Positions 1-7,860 of a stretch of DNA of 33,333 bases are shown here, in pieces. The notes under the pieces were generated by a model. That model was not told where the DNA came from, made no database searches, and saw nothing but the letters and a program-made list of their open reading frames with translations. Made by a program: the position numbers and the translations under genes. The stretch comes from a virus (taxonomy: Duplodnaviria > Caudoviricetes). Each line of letters opens with the position of its first letter. Within the stretch, counting starts at the first letter, position 1. The stretch covers positions 1 through 33,333 of IMG/VR virus record IMGVR_UViG_3300004258_000004. One strand, written 5' to 3'.

Positions 1-108
1 GCTAGTTGGCTGTAGTCACCTGATGCTGCTAGTCGGCTGTAGTGACCTGATGCTGCTAGTTGGCTGGAGTAACCTGATGCTGCTAGTCGGCTGTAGTCAC
101 CTGATGCT
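1..108 (-). repeat. 27-bp coding tandem repeat, at least 4 copies
   Basis: Units like GCTAGTTGGCTGTAGTCACCTGATGCT start at 1, 28, 55 and 82. Confidence 0.95.
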
Positions 109-476
109 GACTGAATTTTATCGCCGTTCGCAATATCTTTTAAAGCCAGCTTTATCCAGTTATCGGAAATCATGGTCATTGCGCCGCCCATGTTGCCGCT
201 GTAGACAATCTTGCAGGTTTCAAACTTCACCTTTTTGTCATCAATAATCACGCACTTTTCGCGGTCAACTTCGACGACTTGCCAGACAGCATCAACATCA
301 TTACTTAGCAAACCATAGTCGCCATTTCCATCTAGTAAAGCGTGCAATCCATTCCCGCAACTTGCTTTAGCATCCCAATCAGTAGCGGTAACAGTTGCCC
401 CAACCTCAAGGGGCCACTTAAAGCCGCCATAAGTGCTTCCGTCTTTTGCACATGTTCTGATTGCTAATGCCTTCAT
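1..476 (-). CDS. Phage early protein with 9-aa tandem repeats (runs off the left edge; not in ORF track)
   Basis: Manual translation MKALAIRTCAKDGSTYGGFKWPLEVGATVTATDWDAKASCGNGLHALLDG...ASGDYSRLAASGYSSQLAASGHYSRLAASGDYSQL; AGGAGA SD upstream; no stop before the edge. Confidence 0.9.
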   Translation of the reverse strand, partial: MKALAIRTCAKDGSTYGGFKWPLEVGATVTATDWDAKASCGNGLHALLDGNGDYGLLSNDVDAVWQVVEVDREKCVIIDDKKVKFETCKIVYSGNMGGAMTMISDNWIKLALKDIANGDKIQSASGDYSRLAASGYSSQLAASGHYSRLAASGDYSQL

Positions 477-544
477 TTATATTCTCCTAATTAACTGCAC
501 TTGAATACGGTAGCGCCTCGCATGAGACCTACAATCTAATCTTC

Positions 545-697
545 CTAAAATGCCCTTATTGCTGCATCTACAAACCACCATAAGCACCCAACTACTCCTA
601 ACACTAAGAACACCAACCCCAAGAATGTCAGCTTGTAGCTATCACCTAGCTTTTCAGATACAGCGTAGTAATCTCGTACTATTGGGGATGAGTTCAT
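545..697 (-). CDS. Small membrane protein, 50 aa (not in ORF track)
   Basis: MNSSPIVRDYYAVSEKLGDSYKLTFLGLVFLVYGVVGCLWWFVDAAIRAF; ATGA overlap with the upstream stop; one hydrophobic segment. Confidence 0.7.
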   Translation of the reverse strand: MNSSPIVRDYYAVSEKLGDSYKLTFLGLVFLVLGVVGCLWWFVDAAIRAF

Positions 698-1266
698 GCT
701 GCTATCACTTCTGGTTCAGGATTAGCCTTACGAAACGCCAGCGATTCTTTGCGGTGCGCTTTACATGCAGCTAGTAGCCACGACTTGTTTTGTGTCCAGA
801 AAGCCGAGGCGCGTGATTCCATGCGCGATATTTCATTGTCATCAAACGCCTTCCACTTATCATGCTCATGGCGCTGGCATCCGATAGTCAGGAATGATTC
901 AGTGATCGTAATATCCCAAGTCGTGCCATTCATGAAGATAGGGCAGATGGCGAGTTTTTCACCCCGCAAGTAAGCACCCTGCAAGTCAGCACCCTGCAAG
1001 TAAGCACCCTGCAAGTCAGCACCCTGCAAGTAAGCACCCCGCAAGTCAGCACCCCGCAAGTAAGCACCCTGCAAGTCAGCACCCTGCAAGTAAGCACCCT
1101 GCAAGTAAGCACCCTGCAAGTAAGCACCCTGCAAGTAAGCACCCTGCAAGTCAGCACCCCGCAAGTAAGCACCCTGCGCCGCTGCTTTAACCAGTGCCGC
1201 CCTAATATCTGTAACTTCAAACTCACAAAGTGTTGTTCCTGTGAATCTATGTTTTATCGAAATCAT
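694..1266 (-). CDS. Pentapeptide repeat protein
   Basis: 14 x A[YD]L[RQ]G, followed by the C-terminal domain common in phage pentapeptide proteins (LTIGCQRH...W). Confidence 0.92.
   Translation of the reverse strand: MISIKHRFTGTTLCEFEVTDIRAALVKAAAQGAYLRGADLQGAYLQGAYLQGAYLQGAYLQGADLQGAYLRGADLRGAYLQGADLQGAYLQGADLQGAYLRGEKLAICPIFMNGTTWDITITESFLTIGCQRHEHDKWKAFDDNEISRMESRASAFWTQNKSWLLAACKAHRKESLAFRKANPEPEVIAA
961..1170 (-). repeat. 15-bp coding tandem repeat, 14 copies
   Basis: ACCC[CT]GCAAGT[AC]AGC units on the + strand. Confidence 0.95.
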
Positions 1267-1556
1267 GCCTGAATCCTTTTCAAAGCACCCTGTTCAACCT
1301 CATATCCCAATGACTTAGCTAGTACCATGACGCTCTCAACATTATTAAGCGCCGCTGCTCTACTTATTGAGCGTATCAATGTAGCTACAGCATCAAAGTT
1401 AGCCCAATCGGTAATGACTTCTGCCAGTACATTCAAGTCATCCAAGCTGTCATCTGCATCACTGGCACGTTGTTCTTCATATGCATCAGTGGTGAAGTAG
1501 AGCGTTGGGCTGTCGCCCGTTCCATATGCGTCTGTAACTTTAAGTGGCTGGTTCAT
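1263..1556 (-). CDS. Hypothetical early protein
   Basis: ATGA overlap with the next gene; operon context. Confidence 0.7.
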   Translation of the reverse strand: MNQPLKVTDAYGTGDSPTLYFTTDAYEEQRASDADDSLDDLNVLAEVITDWANFDAVATLIRSISRAAALNNVESVMVLAKSLGYEVEQGALKRIQA

Positions 1557-1559
1557 TGG

Positions 1560-1742
1560 TTAGTCCTGTTTGCAATATTTTTCGTATGCGCTGTGTGGGT
1601 AATCAGTAAGCTGAGTTACCGCATCTGAACCTCCAAGCGCGTTTACTATTTCCCATAAAGCAGTTTCGTAGTCGCTGTTGTCATTGGAGTAGAGTGCTGA
1701 CACTGCCGCCTTCAATGCTTCTTTTGTATTAGCCATCTTCAT
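1560..1742 (-). CDS. Hypothetical early protein
   Basis: AAGGAGA SD; operon context. Confidence 0.7.
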   Translation of the reverse strand: MKMANTKEALKAAVSALYSNDNSDYETALWEIVNALGGSDAVTQLTDYPHSAYEKYCKQD

Positions 1743-1762
1743 TCTCCTTATCTGCTTTACGT

Positions 1763-1996
1763 TTAACTCAGTGAGCCTAAAGCTGCCAACAATTCATCAG
1801 AAGTCAAATCGTCATTAGCATCCTCGATGCCTAAAAACTTCTTTTCATCAGCCACTTCTTTTTCTAGCTGAAGCACCCAAGCTGTACGCAATTCGATTTC
1901 ATCTGAGCGCTTTGCAACTTCTAAGCGGCTACGCTCAAGAGATAAAGCCAGCATTAATGCGTCTAGGTGTGTCAATGCGTCTAGGTATGCCATCAC
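1763..1996 (-). CDS. Hypothetical early protein (helical, coiled-coil-like)
   Basis: GAGGA SD; operon context. Confidence 0.7.
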   Translation of the reverse strand: MMAYLDALTHLDALMLALSLERSRLEVAKRSDEIELRTAWVLQLEKEVADEKKFLGIEDANDDLTSDELLAALGSLS

Positions 1997-2037
1997 ATAT
2001 TCCTCAGTTAATTTACTCAGGGTAGAGATTCATCATC

Positions 2038-2526
2038 CTAATAAGCTGAAAACTCTCCATGCAGTTCTAATGCCTTATTTCTTGCTGCATTAGCTGCATC
2101 TTTAATGTCACTAAACACTCCAAGGTGGTAATTAACCTTGTTTGCAACAATCTTCGCCTGCCACTTTCCTGCACACTTATTCCAAGTCACACCTTTAAAC
2201 CCTGAGGTGTTTCTTGCGTTCATTCCTGCATTCATGGCATTTTGAGAATCTGTTGCCAGCCTTAAATTCGAAATCCTGTTGTCCGATGGATTTCTATTTA
2301 TATGGTCAACAAATAAAGTTGGAATTACTCCATGTACATATAGCCAAGCTAAAACATTCGCCTGGTATGTCACGCCACTAATCCTGATCCTTATATATCC
2401 ACGGCTATTTAAAGACCCGGCAACTGTTCCCGCCTTTCTATTTGTTGACGAAGCAATCTTCCAAGTAAAGATTCCAGTGTCTGGGTTGTAGTCCAAATAC
2501 TCTTTTAGCTTTTCCTGTGTCAGCAT
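2038..2526 (-). CDS. HNH endonuclease with C-terminal AP2-like DNA-binding domain
   Basis: VDHINRNPSDNRISNLRLA HNH motif; NTSGFKGVTW...W.AKI...HLGVF AP2 pattern. Confidence 0.92.
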   Translation of the reverse strand: MLTQEKLKEYLDYNPDTGIFTWKIASSTNRKAGTVAGSLNSRGYIRIRISGVTYQANVLAWLYVHGVIPTLFVDHINRNPSDNRISNLRLATDSQNAMNAGMNARNTSGFKGVTWNKCAGKWQAKIVANKVNYHLGVFSDIKDAANAARNKALELHGEFSAY

Positions 2527-2591
2527 AATTTTCCTCGCAGTACCTATTTCGCCCTGTAGAAGTAACTTGTTTCGTTACTGCATGGATAGAG

Positions 2592-2619
2592 ATTCTACAC
2601 CTGTAGATATTAATGTCAA
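2592..2619 (-). promoter_or_regulatory. pL-like leftward early promoter
   Basis: TTGACA (2619-2614), 16-nt spacer, TAGAAT (2597-2592) on the minus strand, overlapped by operators. Confidence 0.75.
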
Positions 2620-2651
2620 CACTTGTAGCAAAATAAATCTATGATTGTAGA
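2594..2651. promoter_or_regulatory. Left operator: three 14-bp sites
   Basis: TCTACACCTGTAGA (2594), TCAACACTTGTAGC (2616), TCTATGATTGTAGA (2638); exact 22-bp spacing; consensus TCTACA-N2-TGTAGA shared with the right operator. Confidence 0.85.
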
Positions 2652-2662
2652 AAATTTAGACG

Positions 2663-2687
2663 AAAAAAAGCCAGCTCATTGGCTGGC
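2663..2687 (-). terminator. Intrinsic terminator of the cI-lipoprotein transcript
   Basis: GCCAGC-6 nt-GCTGGC followed by T7 on the minus strand. Confidence 0.8.
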
Positions 2688-2743
2688 GATGGCTATTTAT
2701 CTAGCTAATGAATAACTTTTATGGTTGTGCAAACATTGTGAAT

Positions 2744-3127
2744 TTATCTATTTCGTATCTCTAGTATTTGATCTGGCTCCCTAGGCCAATCGTGCGGTGC
2801 GCCGTACTGGACTAACTTATCGTTAAAGAAATAGAACCAGGTTATCTTGGTTTCAACGCCAGTTATTGTATTTCTTTGATAGCCAGCATCATTAGTTGCA
2901 AAAGGCGTGTATCTAGAAACCTTTTGCTCATATACTTCGACTTGTCCTTTGGGGTACATTCTAGCGCCTCTAGGCTCTGCATCTGGGAATAGCTTGATAA
3001 ACTCCTGCTTATCTGCTCCTAGCTTCATTGAGACAAGATTTTTGTTATACGTCGATTTGTCTATAGCCCCCTGTGACGCGCATCCAGTCAACGCCACAAT
3101 TAGAATCAGTGCTCTAATCTTATTCAT
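2744..3127 (-). CDS. Lipoprotein co-oriented with and directly downstream of cI
   Basis: MNKIRALILIVALTGC signal peptide with lipobox; starts 7 nt after the cI stop. Confidence 0.85.
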   Translation of the reverse strand: MNKIRALILIVALTGCASQGAIDKSTYNKNLVSMKLGADKQEFIKLFPDAEPRGARMYPKGQVEVYEQKVSRYTPFATNDAGYQRNTITGVETKITWFYFFNDKLVQYGAPHDWPREPDQILEIRNR

Positions 3128-3134
3128 ATATCCC

Positions 3135-3773
3135 CTATGTCTTATGTTTACTTGGCGGAACTACAGCGGTGATTCCCAATATGTCGTATATGTCGTCTTG
3201 CATCACAGTCAGACGTTCGTTTCCATTTACCGACATGACTACATAACAATCCGACTTTATTGATATCAGCTCTTTTACCATCTTGCGTTCATCCTTGAAT
3301 TTAATCAGGACATACTCACCCATTACCGGCTGATGCTTTTCCTCAATAATAATAAACCATCCATCGCGGATCGCTGGAAACATGCTATCTCCGCGCACCT
3401 GGATAGCAATAGAGCTATGCTCAGTTTCGAACTCAACAAAGCCGTCTCCACCGTCTAAGTCAATGTAATACCCCTGATCGCCCATTCTTGCCGCCCCTAC
3501 AACTCTCGGATAATGTTTATTTGGCTTATCTGTTACAAATTGCTTATTAGTATTTTTTGTTGTTTCTAAAAACTCTTCAGGCGGTATTTCTAATTCATCT
3601 AGAGTTAATCCAAGCCCTGTAGCAATTTTCGCAAAGTACATAGAGCGTTTGCTGTCTCTGTTCTCTAAGGCGCTAATAGTCCCGACATCAACGCCGCAAG
3701 CCTCTGATAGCCGCTCTAGAGTCCATCCTAAACGAATGTCCCTATGAAATCTAATGTTTTTGCCTATCGCCAT
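3135..3773 (-). CDS. cI: CI-like repressor (HTH + S24 peptidase)
   Basis: N-terminal HTH (WTLERLSEACGVDVGTISALEN), GDSM serine and VK lysine motifs; divergent from cro; ATG at 3773 preferred over the TTG at 3791. Confidence 0.93.
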   Translation of the reverse strand: MAIGKNIRFHRDIRLGWTLERLSEACGVDVGTISALENRDSKRSMYFAKIATGLGLTLDELEIPPEEFLETTKNTNKQFVTDKPNKHYPRVVGAARMGDQGYYIDLDGGDGFVEFETEHSSIAIQVRGDSMFPAIRDGWFIIIEEKHQPVMGEYVLIKFKDERKMVKELISIKSDCYVVMSVNGNERLTVMQDDIYDILGITAVVPPSKHKT

Positions 3774-3784
3774 ATTACACATTT

Positions 3785-3845
3785 TATCCAAGTGTAGAAA
3801 ATATCTTTAGTGCAAGTGTTGATTTATTTTATCTACAAGCGTAGA
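3785..3845. promoter_or_regulatory. Right operator: three 14-bp sites
   Basis: TATCCAAGTGTAGA (3785), AGTGCAAGTGTTGA (3809), TCTACAAGCGTAGA (3832); match the OL consensus. Confidence 0.85.
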
Positions 3846-3847
3846 AT
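3819..3847 (+). promoter_or_regulatory. pR-like promoter
   Basis: TTGATT-17 nt-TAGAAT upstream of cro. Confidence 0.75.
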
Positions 3848-3856
3848 TCTGTAATT

Positions 3857-4051
3857 ATGAATATCTACAAACAAGTTATTTCACATTTCGGCGGCATCAA
3901 AGCTACGGCAGATGCTTTGCAAAACTCTTACAAAACTGTTTGGGCTTGGGATAAAGGAACTCGCAAACCAAGGCCAGAAACATGCAGCCTAATCGAAGAA
4001 AAGTCGAATGGCGCATTTACCTGCAAACAGTTATGTGACGGAAAACAGTAA
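3857..4051 (+). CDS. cro: Cro/YdaS-like repressor
   Basis: 64-aa HTH (FGGIKATADALQNSYKTVWAW) divergent from cI. Confidence 0.88.
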   Translation: MNIYKQVISHFGGIKATADALQNSYKTVWAWDKGTRKPRPETCSLIEEKSNGAFTCKQLCDGKQ

Positions 4052-4058
4052 CCCCCTT

Positions 4059-4095
4059 ATCGGGATGGTTCCCATAGTGCCATCCCGATTTTTTT
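4059..4095 (+). terminator. tR1-like terminator after cro
   Basis: ATCGGGATGG/CCATCCCGAT stem followed by a T-run. Confidence 0.75.
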
Positions 4096-4186
4096 ATTTA
4101 GCACAGAACGAACTATATTTTTTTCGCCTAAATTTGTCTTTACAAACGATTACAAAAAGCAAATTAGATTTTGGAAGGGTATGTAA

Positions 4187-4552
4187 ATGGATGAAATAAA
4201 CTCAATAAATTCAATGCTTATAGAGTGTGTAAAGGCAGCAGGCGGCTCTAAAACAGTGGGGCCGCTACTATGGCCTGAAAAGCCTATAGCCGATGCGCAA
4301 AAGCTCTTGCTTGCATGCCTAAATGAAGATCGTCCTGAGAAGTTATCGCCAGATCAAGCCTTCTTAATTGAGAAGCTAGCCAAAGATTCCGGCAGCAATG
4401 TAGCTATCGAATATCGCTGCAATGCTATGAGCTATTCAATCCCAACCCCAATTCATCCAGAAGATGAAAAAGCAATCCTGATGCGCCAGTTCATTGAAGC
4501 GCAAAAGGGATTATCCAGCCTCGCTACAAAACTTCAATCACTAGGAATTTAA
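4187..4552 (+). CDS. CII-like regulator
   Basis: Position after cro; GGSKTVG...CLNEDRPEKLSPDQ pattern recalled from proteobacterial phage CII-like proteins. Confidence 0.65.
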   Translation: MDEINSINSMLIECVKAAGGSKTVGPLLWPEKPIADAQKLLLACLNEDRPEKLSPDQAFLIEKLAKDSGSNVAIEYRCNAMSYSIPTPIHPEDEKAILMRQFIEAQKGLSSLATKLQSLGI

Positions 4553-4562
4553 GGAGATAACC

Positions 4563-4745
4563 ATGGACGGACTTTTTGAATATGTCGGCACATCAGACAA
4601 GTTGCAGCATGCCATTGTTGAGATCGAGCGCGAGACTGATAAATCATATTTCGTGAAATATAGGCCAGAAGGCGGCAAGGAAGTTGAAGTGGCTAGAGTG
4701 GCCAAGACTAGCCTAAAGCCACATCACTCATTAAGCGGGATTTAG
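4563..4745 (+). CDS. Hypothetical protein
   Basis: Strong AAGGAG SD; operon context. Confidence 0.7.
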   Translation: MDGLFEYVGTSDKLQHAIVEIERETDKSYFVKYRPEGGKEVEVARVAKTSLKPHHSLSGI

Positions 4746-4852
4746 TCATTTAAATGCTAAATCTCACTCCTACAAATGCCCTATCAATACCAAATCTACG
4801 CGCTTCTGTCGGGGCGGTATGTGCGGGTTCCAACATAAAGGATATTTCATAA

Positions 4853-5266
4853 ATGGCTAGTTACGGTTTTATCTACATTCTTTCAAATCAATACATGGAT
4901 GGTGTTTACAAGATTGGTTTTACCGACCGCGCACCTTTACAGCGAGTTCAAGAGTTATCTAATAGCACAAGCTGCCCATATCCATTTGAGATTGTTTGCT
5001 ATGGCGAAACAGATCAAGCGCAAAGCAAGGAAAGGCAGATACACGACATATTTAAGGACGAAAGAATATCTGATGGGCGTGAGTTCTTTTATTTTGGCCT
5101 TGCCGAGGTAATGCGCGCTTGCAACTTAATAGAGAACAATTGTGAAAACTTTACTACTACTCAGCAATATCAAGAGCTGAATGAGCAAAATATTAACCGT
5201 ATTGAGTGGCTTGAAAATTCCAAGAAAAATCTAAAAGTTATCGAATCTGATGAGGTTGCTGCATAG
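4853..5266 (+). CDS. GIY-YIG superfamily (T5orf172/MUG113-like) protein
   Basis: GFIYILSN...YKIGFT...R..EL...E..IH...REFF motif series. Confidence 0.88.
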   Translation: MASYGFIYILSNQYMDGVYKIGFTDRAPLQRVQELSNSTSCPYPFEIVCYGETDQAQSKERQIHDIFKDERISDGREFFYFGLAEVMRACNLIENNCENFTTTQQYQELNEQNINRIEWLENSKKNLKVIESDEVAA

Positions 5267-5273
5267 CCTAACT

Positions 5274-6047
5274 ATGCACTACTACCAATTCAATATAGGC
5301 GATTACAAGCGTGACACAAGTCACCTGACACTGCTTGAGCATGGCGTTTACAGGCAGTTAATAGACCTTTATTACCTTGAAGAAAAGCCACTTGATGCGA
5401 ACGCATTGCGATTGATATGCGCCAGGACTGCGGAAGAGAAAGAATGCGCCCAAAACATGCTCGATGAATTTTTTACAAAGCTGCCAAATGGCACATATCA
5501 GCATGATCGTTGTAAAAAAGAAATGGAAAGAATTTACGAGAAGTCAGACAAGGCAAGGGTTTCAGCTGAAAAGAGATGGGGAAAACCTAATGATGCGAAC
5601 GCATTGCCAACGCATAACGAAAGCAATGCGAACGGAATGCTACCCAATAACCCATTACCCAATAACCCATTACCCACTAAAAAAACAGCGCCGAAAAAAT
5701 CATCGGCTTCTGATTTGCCAGTTCCAGATTTTATACCTACTGAGCTTTGGGCTGACTTCATGGCTATGCGTAAAACCATAGGCGCTACAAATTCAGAAGC
5801 CGCGGTAAAGCTATTGATTACCGAACTTAAGAAAATTATTGCGGGTGGTAACGACCCTATCGCATCTATTGAAAACTCAATTAGAAATAGCTGGAAAGAC
5901 GTTTACGCACCCAAGAAACAATCAGGCAATGCTGGTAATCACCGCGAAGAAGCCCGCTCCGTAGCAGCTGCCTCAATATTCAAGCCAGAACACACGCAGC
6001 ACCTAAACAGCAGCGTACAGGAAGCCAACTATGAAAAGCTCAAATGA
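5274..6047 (+). CDS. Replication initiator (DUF1376/YdaU-like N-terminus); alternative start 5250
   Basis: MHYYQFNIGDYKRDTSHLTLLEHGVYRQLIDLYY; internal iterons; lambda O position. Confidence 0.88.
   Translation: MHYYQFNIGDYKRDTSHLTLLEHGVYRQLIDLYYLEEKPLDANALRLICARTAEEKECAQNMLDEFFTKLPNGTYQHDRCKKEMERIYEKSDKARVSAEKRWGKPNDANALPTHNESNANGMLPNNPLPNNPLPTKKTAPKKSSASDLPVPDFIPTELWADFMAMRKTIGATNSEAAVKLLITELKKIIAGGNDPIASIENSIRNSWKDVYAPKKQSGNAGNHREEARSVAAASIFKPEHTQHLNSSVQEANYEKLK
5593..5676. repeat. Probable replication origin iterons
   Basis: Four tandem 11-mers ATGCGAACGCA, TTGCCAACGCA, TAACGAAAGCA, ATGCGAACGGA, then TACCCAATAACCCAT x2 and an A-rich tract. Confidence 0.75.
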
Positions 6048-6513
6048 CCTGCCAATGGAATGGGTGGAGAAAATATTCATGCGATTACATGGTCGCTTTG
6101 GTAACGCTTTCTTTGACAAGTTCCGCATAGGCCAGCTTAACGACAATGGTGCTGACATTGGCATTGAGAATGCCAAGGTTACATGGGCAAGCGAACTGGC
6201 TGGCGTATCACCTGAACGCATTAAAAACGCCTTGCTGTCCCCATACGAATATGCGCCTTCATGCGACATGTTCAAGGCTAATTGCCGAACAACGCCTAAT
6301 GAGCATAAAGACTTTTTGGCGCTATCCAAGCCAGTAATAAGCGATGAGCAACGCGCCGCCAACTTGAGGAAACTGGAAGCTATCACAGCACAGCTTAAAC
6401 CTAAGACCGACTATCGCAAATGGGCTAAAGACATTATGCGCGATGTAGGGCAGGGGATGAAATATCCAGACATCGCGGTCAGGTTCGCTAAAGAGGCGCT
6501 GTCAGTTGAATAA
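6031..6513 (+). CDS. Replication protein P-like partner (putative helicase loader)
   Basis: Overlaps the initiator 3' end; VEKIFMRLHGRFG...W..EL...P....F pattern. Confidence 0.65.
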   Translation: MKSSNDLPMEWVEKIFMRLHGRFGNAFFDKFRIGQLNDNGADIGIENAKVTWASELAGVSPERIKNALLSPYEYAPSCDMFKANCRTTPNEHKDFLALSKPVISDEQRAANLRKLEAITAQLKPKTDYRKWAKDIMRDVGQGMKYPDIAVRFAKEALSVE

Positions 6514-6712
6514 CTGGAAACGAGTGGACAACTACCACATGAGAAGCGGCAACTACACGATTACTAAAGCGTTTCCGCCAGAGCTGTACGTGAAGCCATA
6601 TCAGCTTCACAAATGCACATTTGGCAGGGATGGCGAAATGACTAGCGGAAAACTTTTGGGCAGCTATGTGACGGCTGATGAGGCGAAATTAAATGTGGAG
6701 ATTCCAGCATGA
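6506..6712 (+). CDS. Hypothetical protein
   Basis: TTG start with GAGG SD, overlapping the previous stop. Confidence 0.6.
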   Translation: MNNWKRVDNYHMRSGNYTITKAFPPELYVKPYQLHKCTFGRDGEMTSGKLLGSYVTADEAKLNVEIPA

Positions 6713-6760
6713 ACCCCTATGACCAAGAAGAACGATTTAATTTCGATGAGGAGTTTGGCT

Positions 6761-7006
6761 ATGAGTGATTACGACTTCAAAAATTTAACTGAGAATCAGC
6801 AATGGCTGCTCACATATCAAGGCTGGCATCTTCACTCAACAATTAGCGGACATAACCAGCCATCCAAACGAACAGTGAAAAAGCTGATTGATAGGGGCTT
6901 GCTAATTGAGAAGCCCGCTGAATGGGCAGGTATGCAATTTATGGAATATGAAGTGCCGCTTCCTGTGCATATGGCTTGGTGTCAATGGTGTGCGGAGCAG
7001 CCATGA
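6761..7006 (+). CDS. Hypothetical protein (winged-helix-like); ORF track start 6719
   Basis: GAGGAG SD before ATG 6761; TVKKLIDRGLLIE wHTH-like motif. Confidence 0.65.
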   Translation: MSDYDFKNLTENQQWLLTYQGWHLHSTISGHNQPSKRTVKKLIDRGLLIEKPAEWAGMQFMEYEVPLPVHMAWCQWCAEQP

Positions 7007-7296
7007 GCAAATGCCCTACATGCCATCGTGAAAAGCCAAAGACGCACGATCAGCGCAAGAAGTTTCACGCCATGTGCCGAGACATAGGGCTACACATTGG
7101 AGAAACGCCAGGAAAGGTTAAGGAAGCGATTAAGGCTGATTATTTTGGCTTGGATGAATACAAGATAGGAAACAAATGGTATCGCGCTGTAAAGCCATCA
7201 GAACAGGCCGAGCGTGCCGAGTATGCAGACCTGATTACCTTCACGCTGCAATGGGCAGCAGAAAACTGCGATTTTTACATAGAGGACGCAGCCTAA
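7003..7296 (+). CDS. NinB-like protein
   Basis: KTHDQRKKFHAMCRDI resembles the NinB RS..QN...HA...DI motif; precedes ninG; ATGA overlap. Confidence 0.6.
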   Translation: MSKCPTCHREKPKTHDQRKKFHAMCRDIGLHIGETPGKVKEAIKADYFGLDEYKIGNKWYRAVKPSEQAERAEYADLITFTLQWAAENCDFYIEDAA

Positions 7297-7299
7297 AAA

Positions 7300-7860
7300 A
7301 TGAACGCTCCTCTCACTCTTAAAACTCGCAAATGCAAGTATTGCCCTGTTCGCTTCCCGCTATTCAGGTCAACACAAGTTGTATGCAGCCCTGCATGTGC
7401 ACAGAAGCATGCAGAGGCGAAGAGAGTTAAGGATGAGAAGGCTGCAAGGCGTGAGACTAAAGCTAAGTTAGAGGCGATTAAGCCTAGATCAAAGTGGTTA
7501 AAGGAGGTGCAAAGTGTTTTCAACAATTACATACGCCTACGTGATGAGCTTAAGCCCTGCATATCGTGCGGCCGTCATCACAGGGGCCAGTACCATGCCG
7601 GGCACTACTTATCCGTTGGCAGCACCCCTGAGTTACGTTTTGAAGAATCCAACGTACATAAACAATGCTCCGCCTGCAACAACTACAAGTCGGGGAATGC
7701 TGTTAGATACCGTGTACGGCTTATTAAGAAAATTGGGCTTGAAAAAGTCGAATGGCTAGAAGGCCCACACGAGCCAAAGCACTACAGCATAGACGACCTA
7801 AAGCAACTCAAAGCCCACTATCAACAGGAATGTAAACGACTAATCAAGGAGCAGTCATGA
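7300..7860 (+). CDS. ninG: NinG/Rap recombination endonuclease
   Basis: FNNYIRLRD..PCISCG...HAGHY.SVG..PELRF.E.NVHKQC..CN. Confidence 0.95.
   Translation: MNAPLTLKTRKCKYCPVRFPLFRSTQVVCSPACAQKHAEAKRVKDEKAARRETKAKLEAIKPRSKWLKEVQSVFNNYIRLRDELKPCISCGRHHRGQYHAGHYLSVGSTPELRFEESNVHKQCSACNNYKSGNAVRYRVRLIKKIGLEKVEWLEGPHEPKHYSIDDLKQLKAHYQQECKRLIKEQS

Noticed and set aside
23-247. Plus-strand repetitive ORF MLLVGCS..., and the VLTCR ORF at 930-1226
   Set aside because: Shadow frames of the repeat arrays in the real minus-strand genes
1-1170. Tandem repeats as a CRISPR array or DGR template/variable repeats
   Set aside because: Units are contiguous with no unique spacers and are in-frame coding; no cas or reverse transcriptase gene in the window
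2551-2562. GCCCTGTAGAAG as a lambda-like boxB
   Set aside because: Wrong strand for the pL transcript and lacks the closing GGGC
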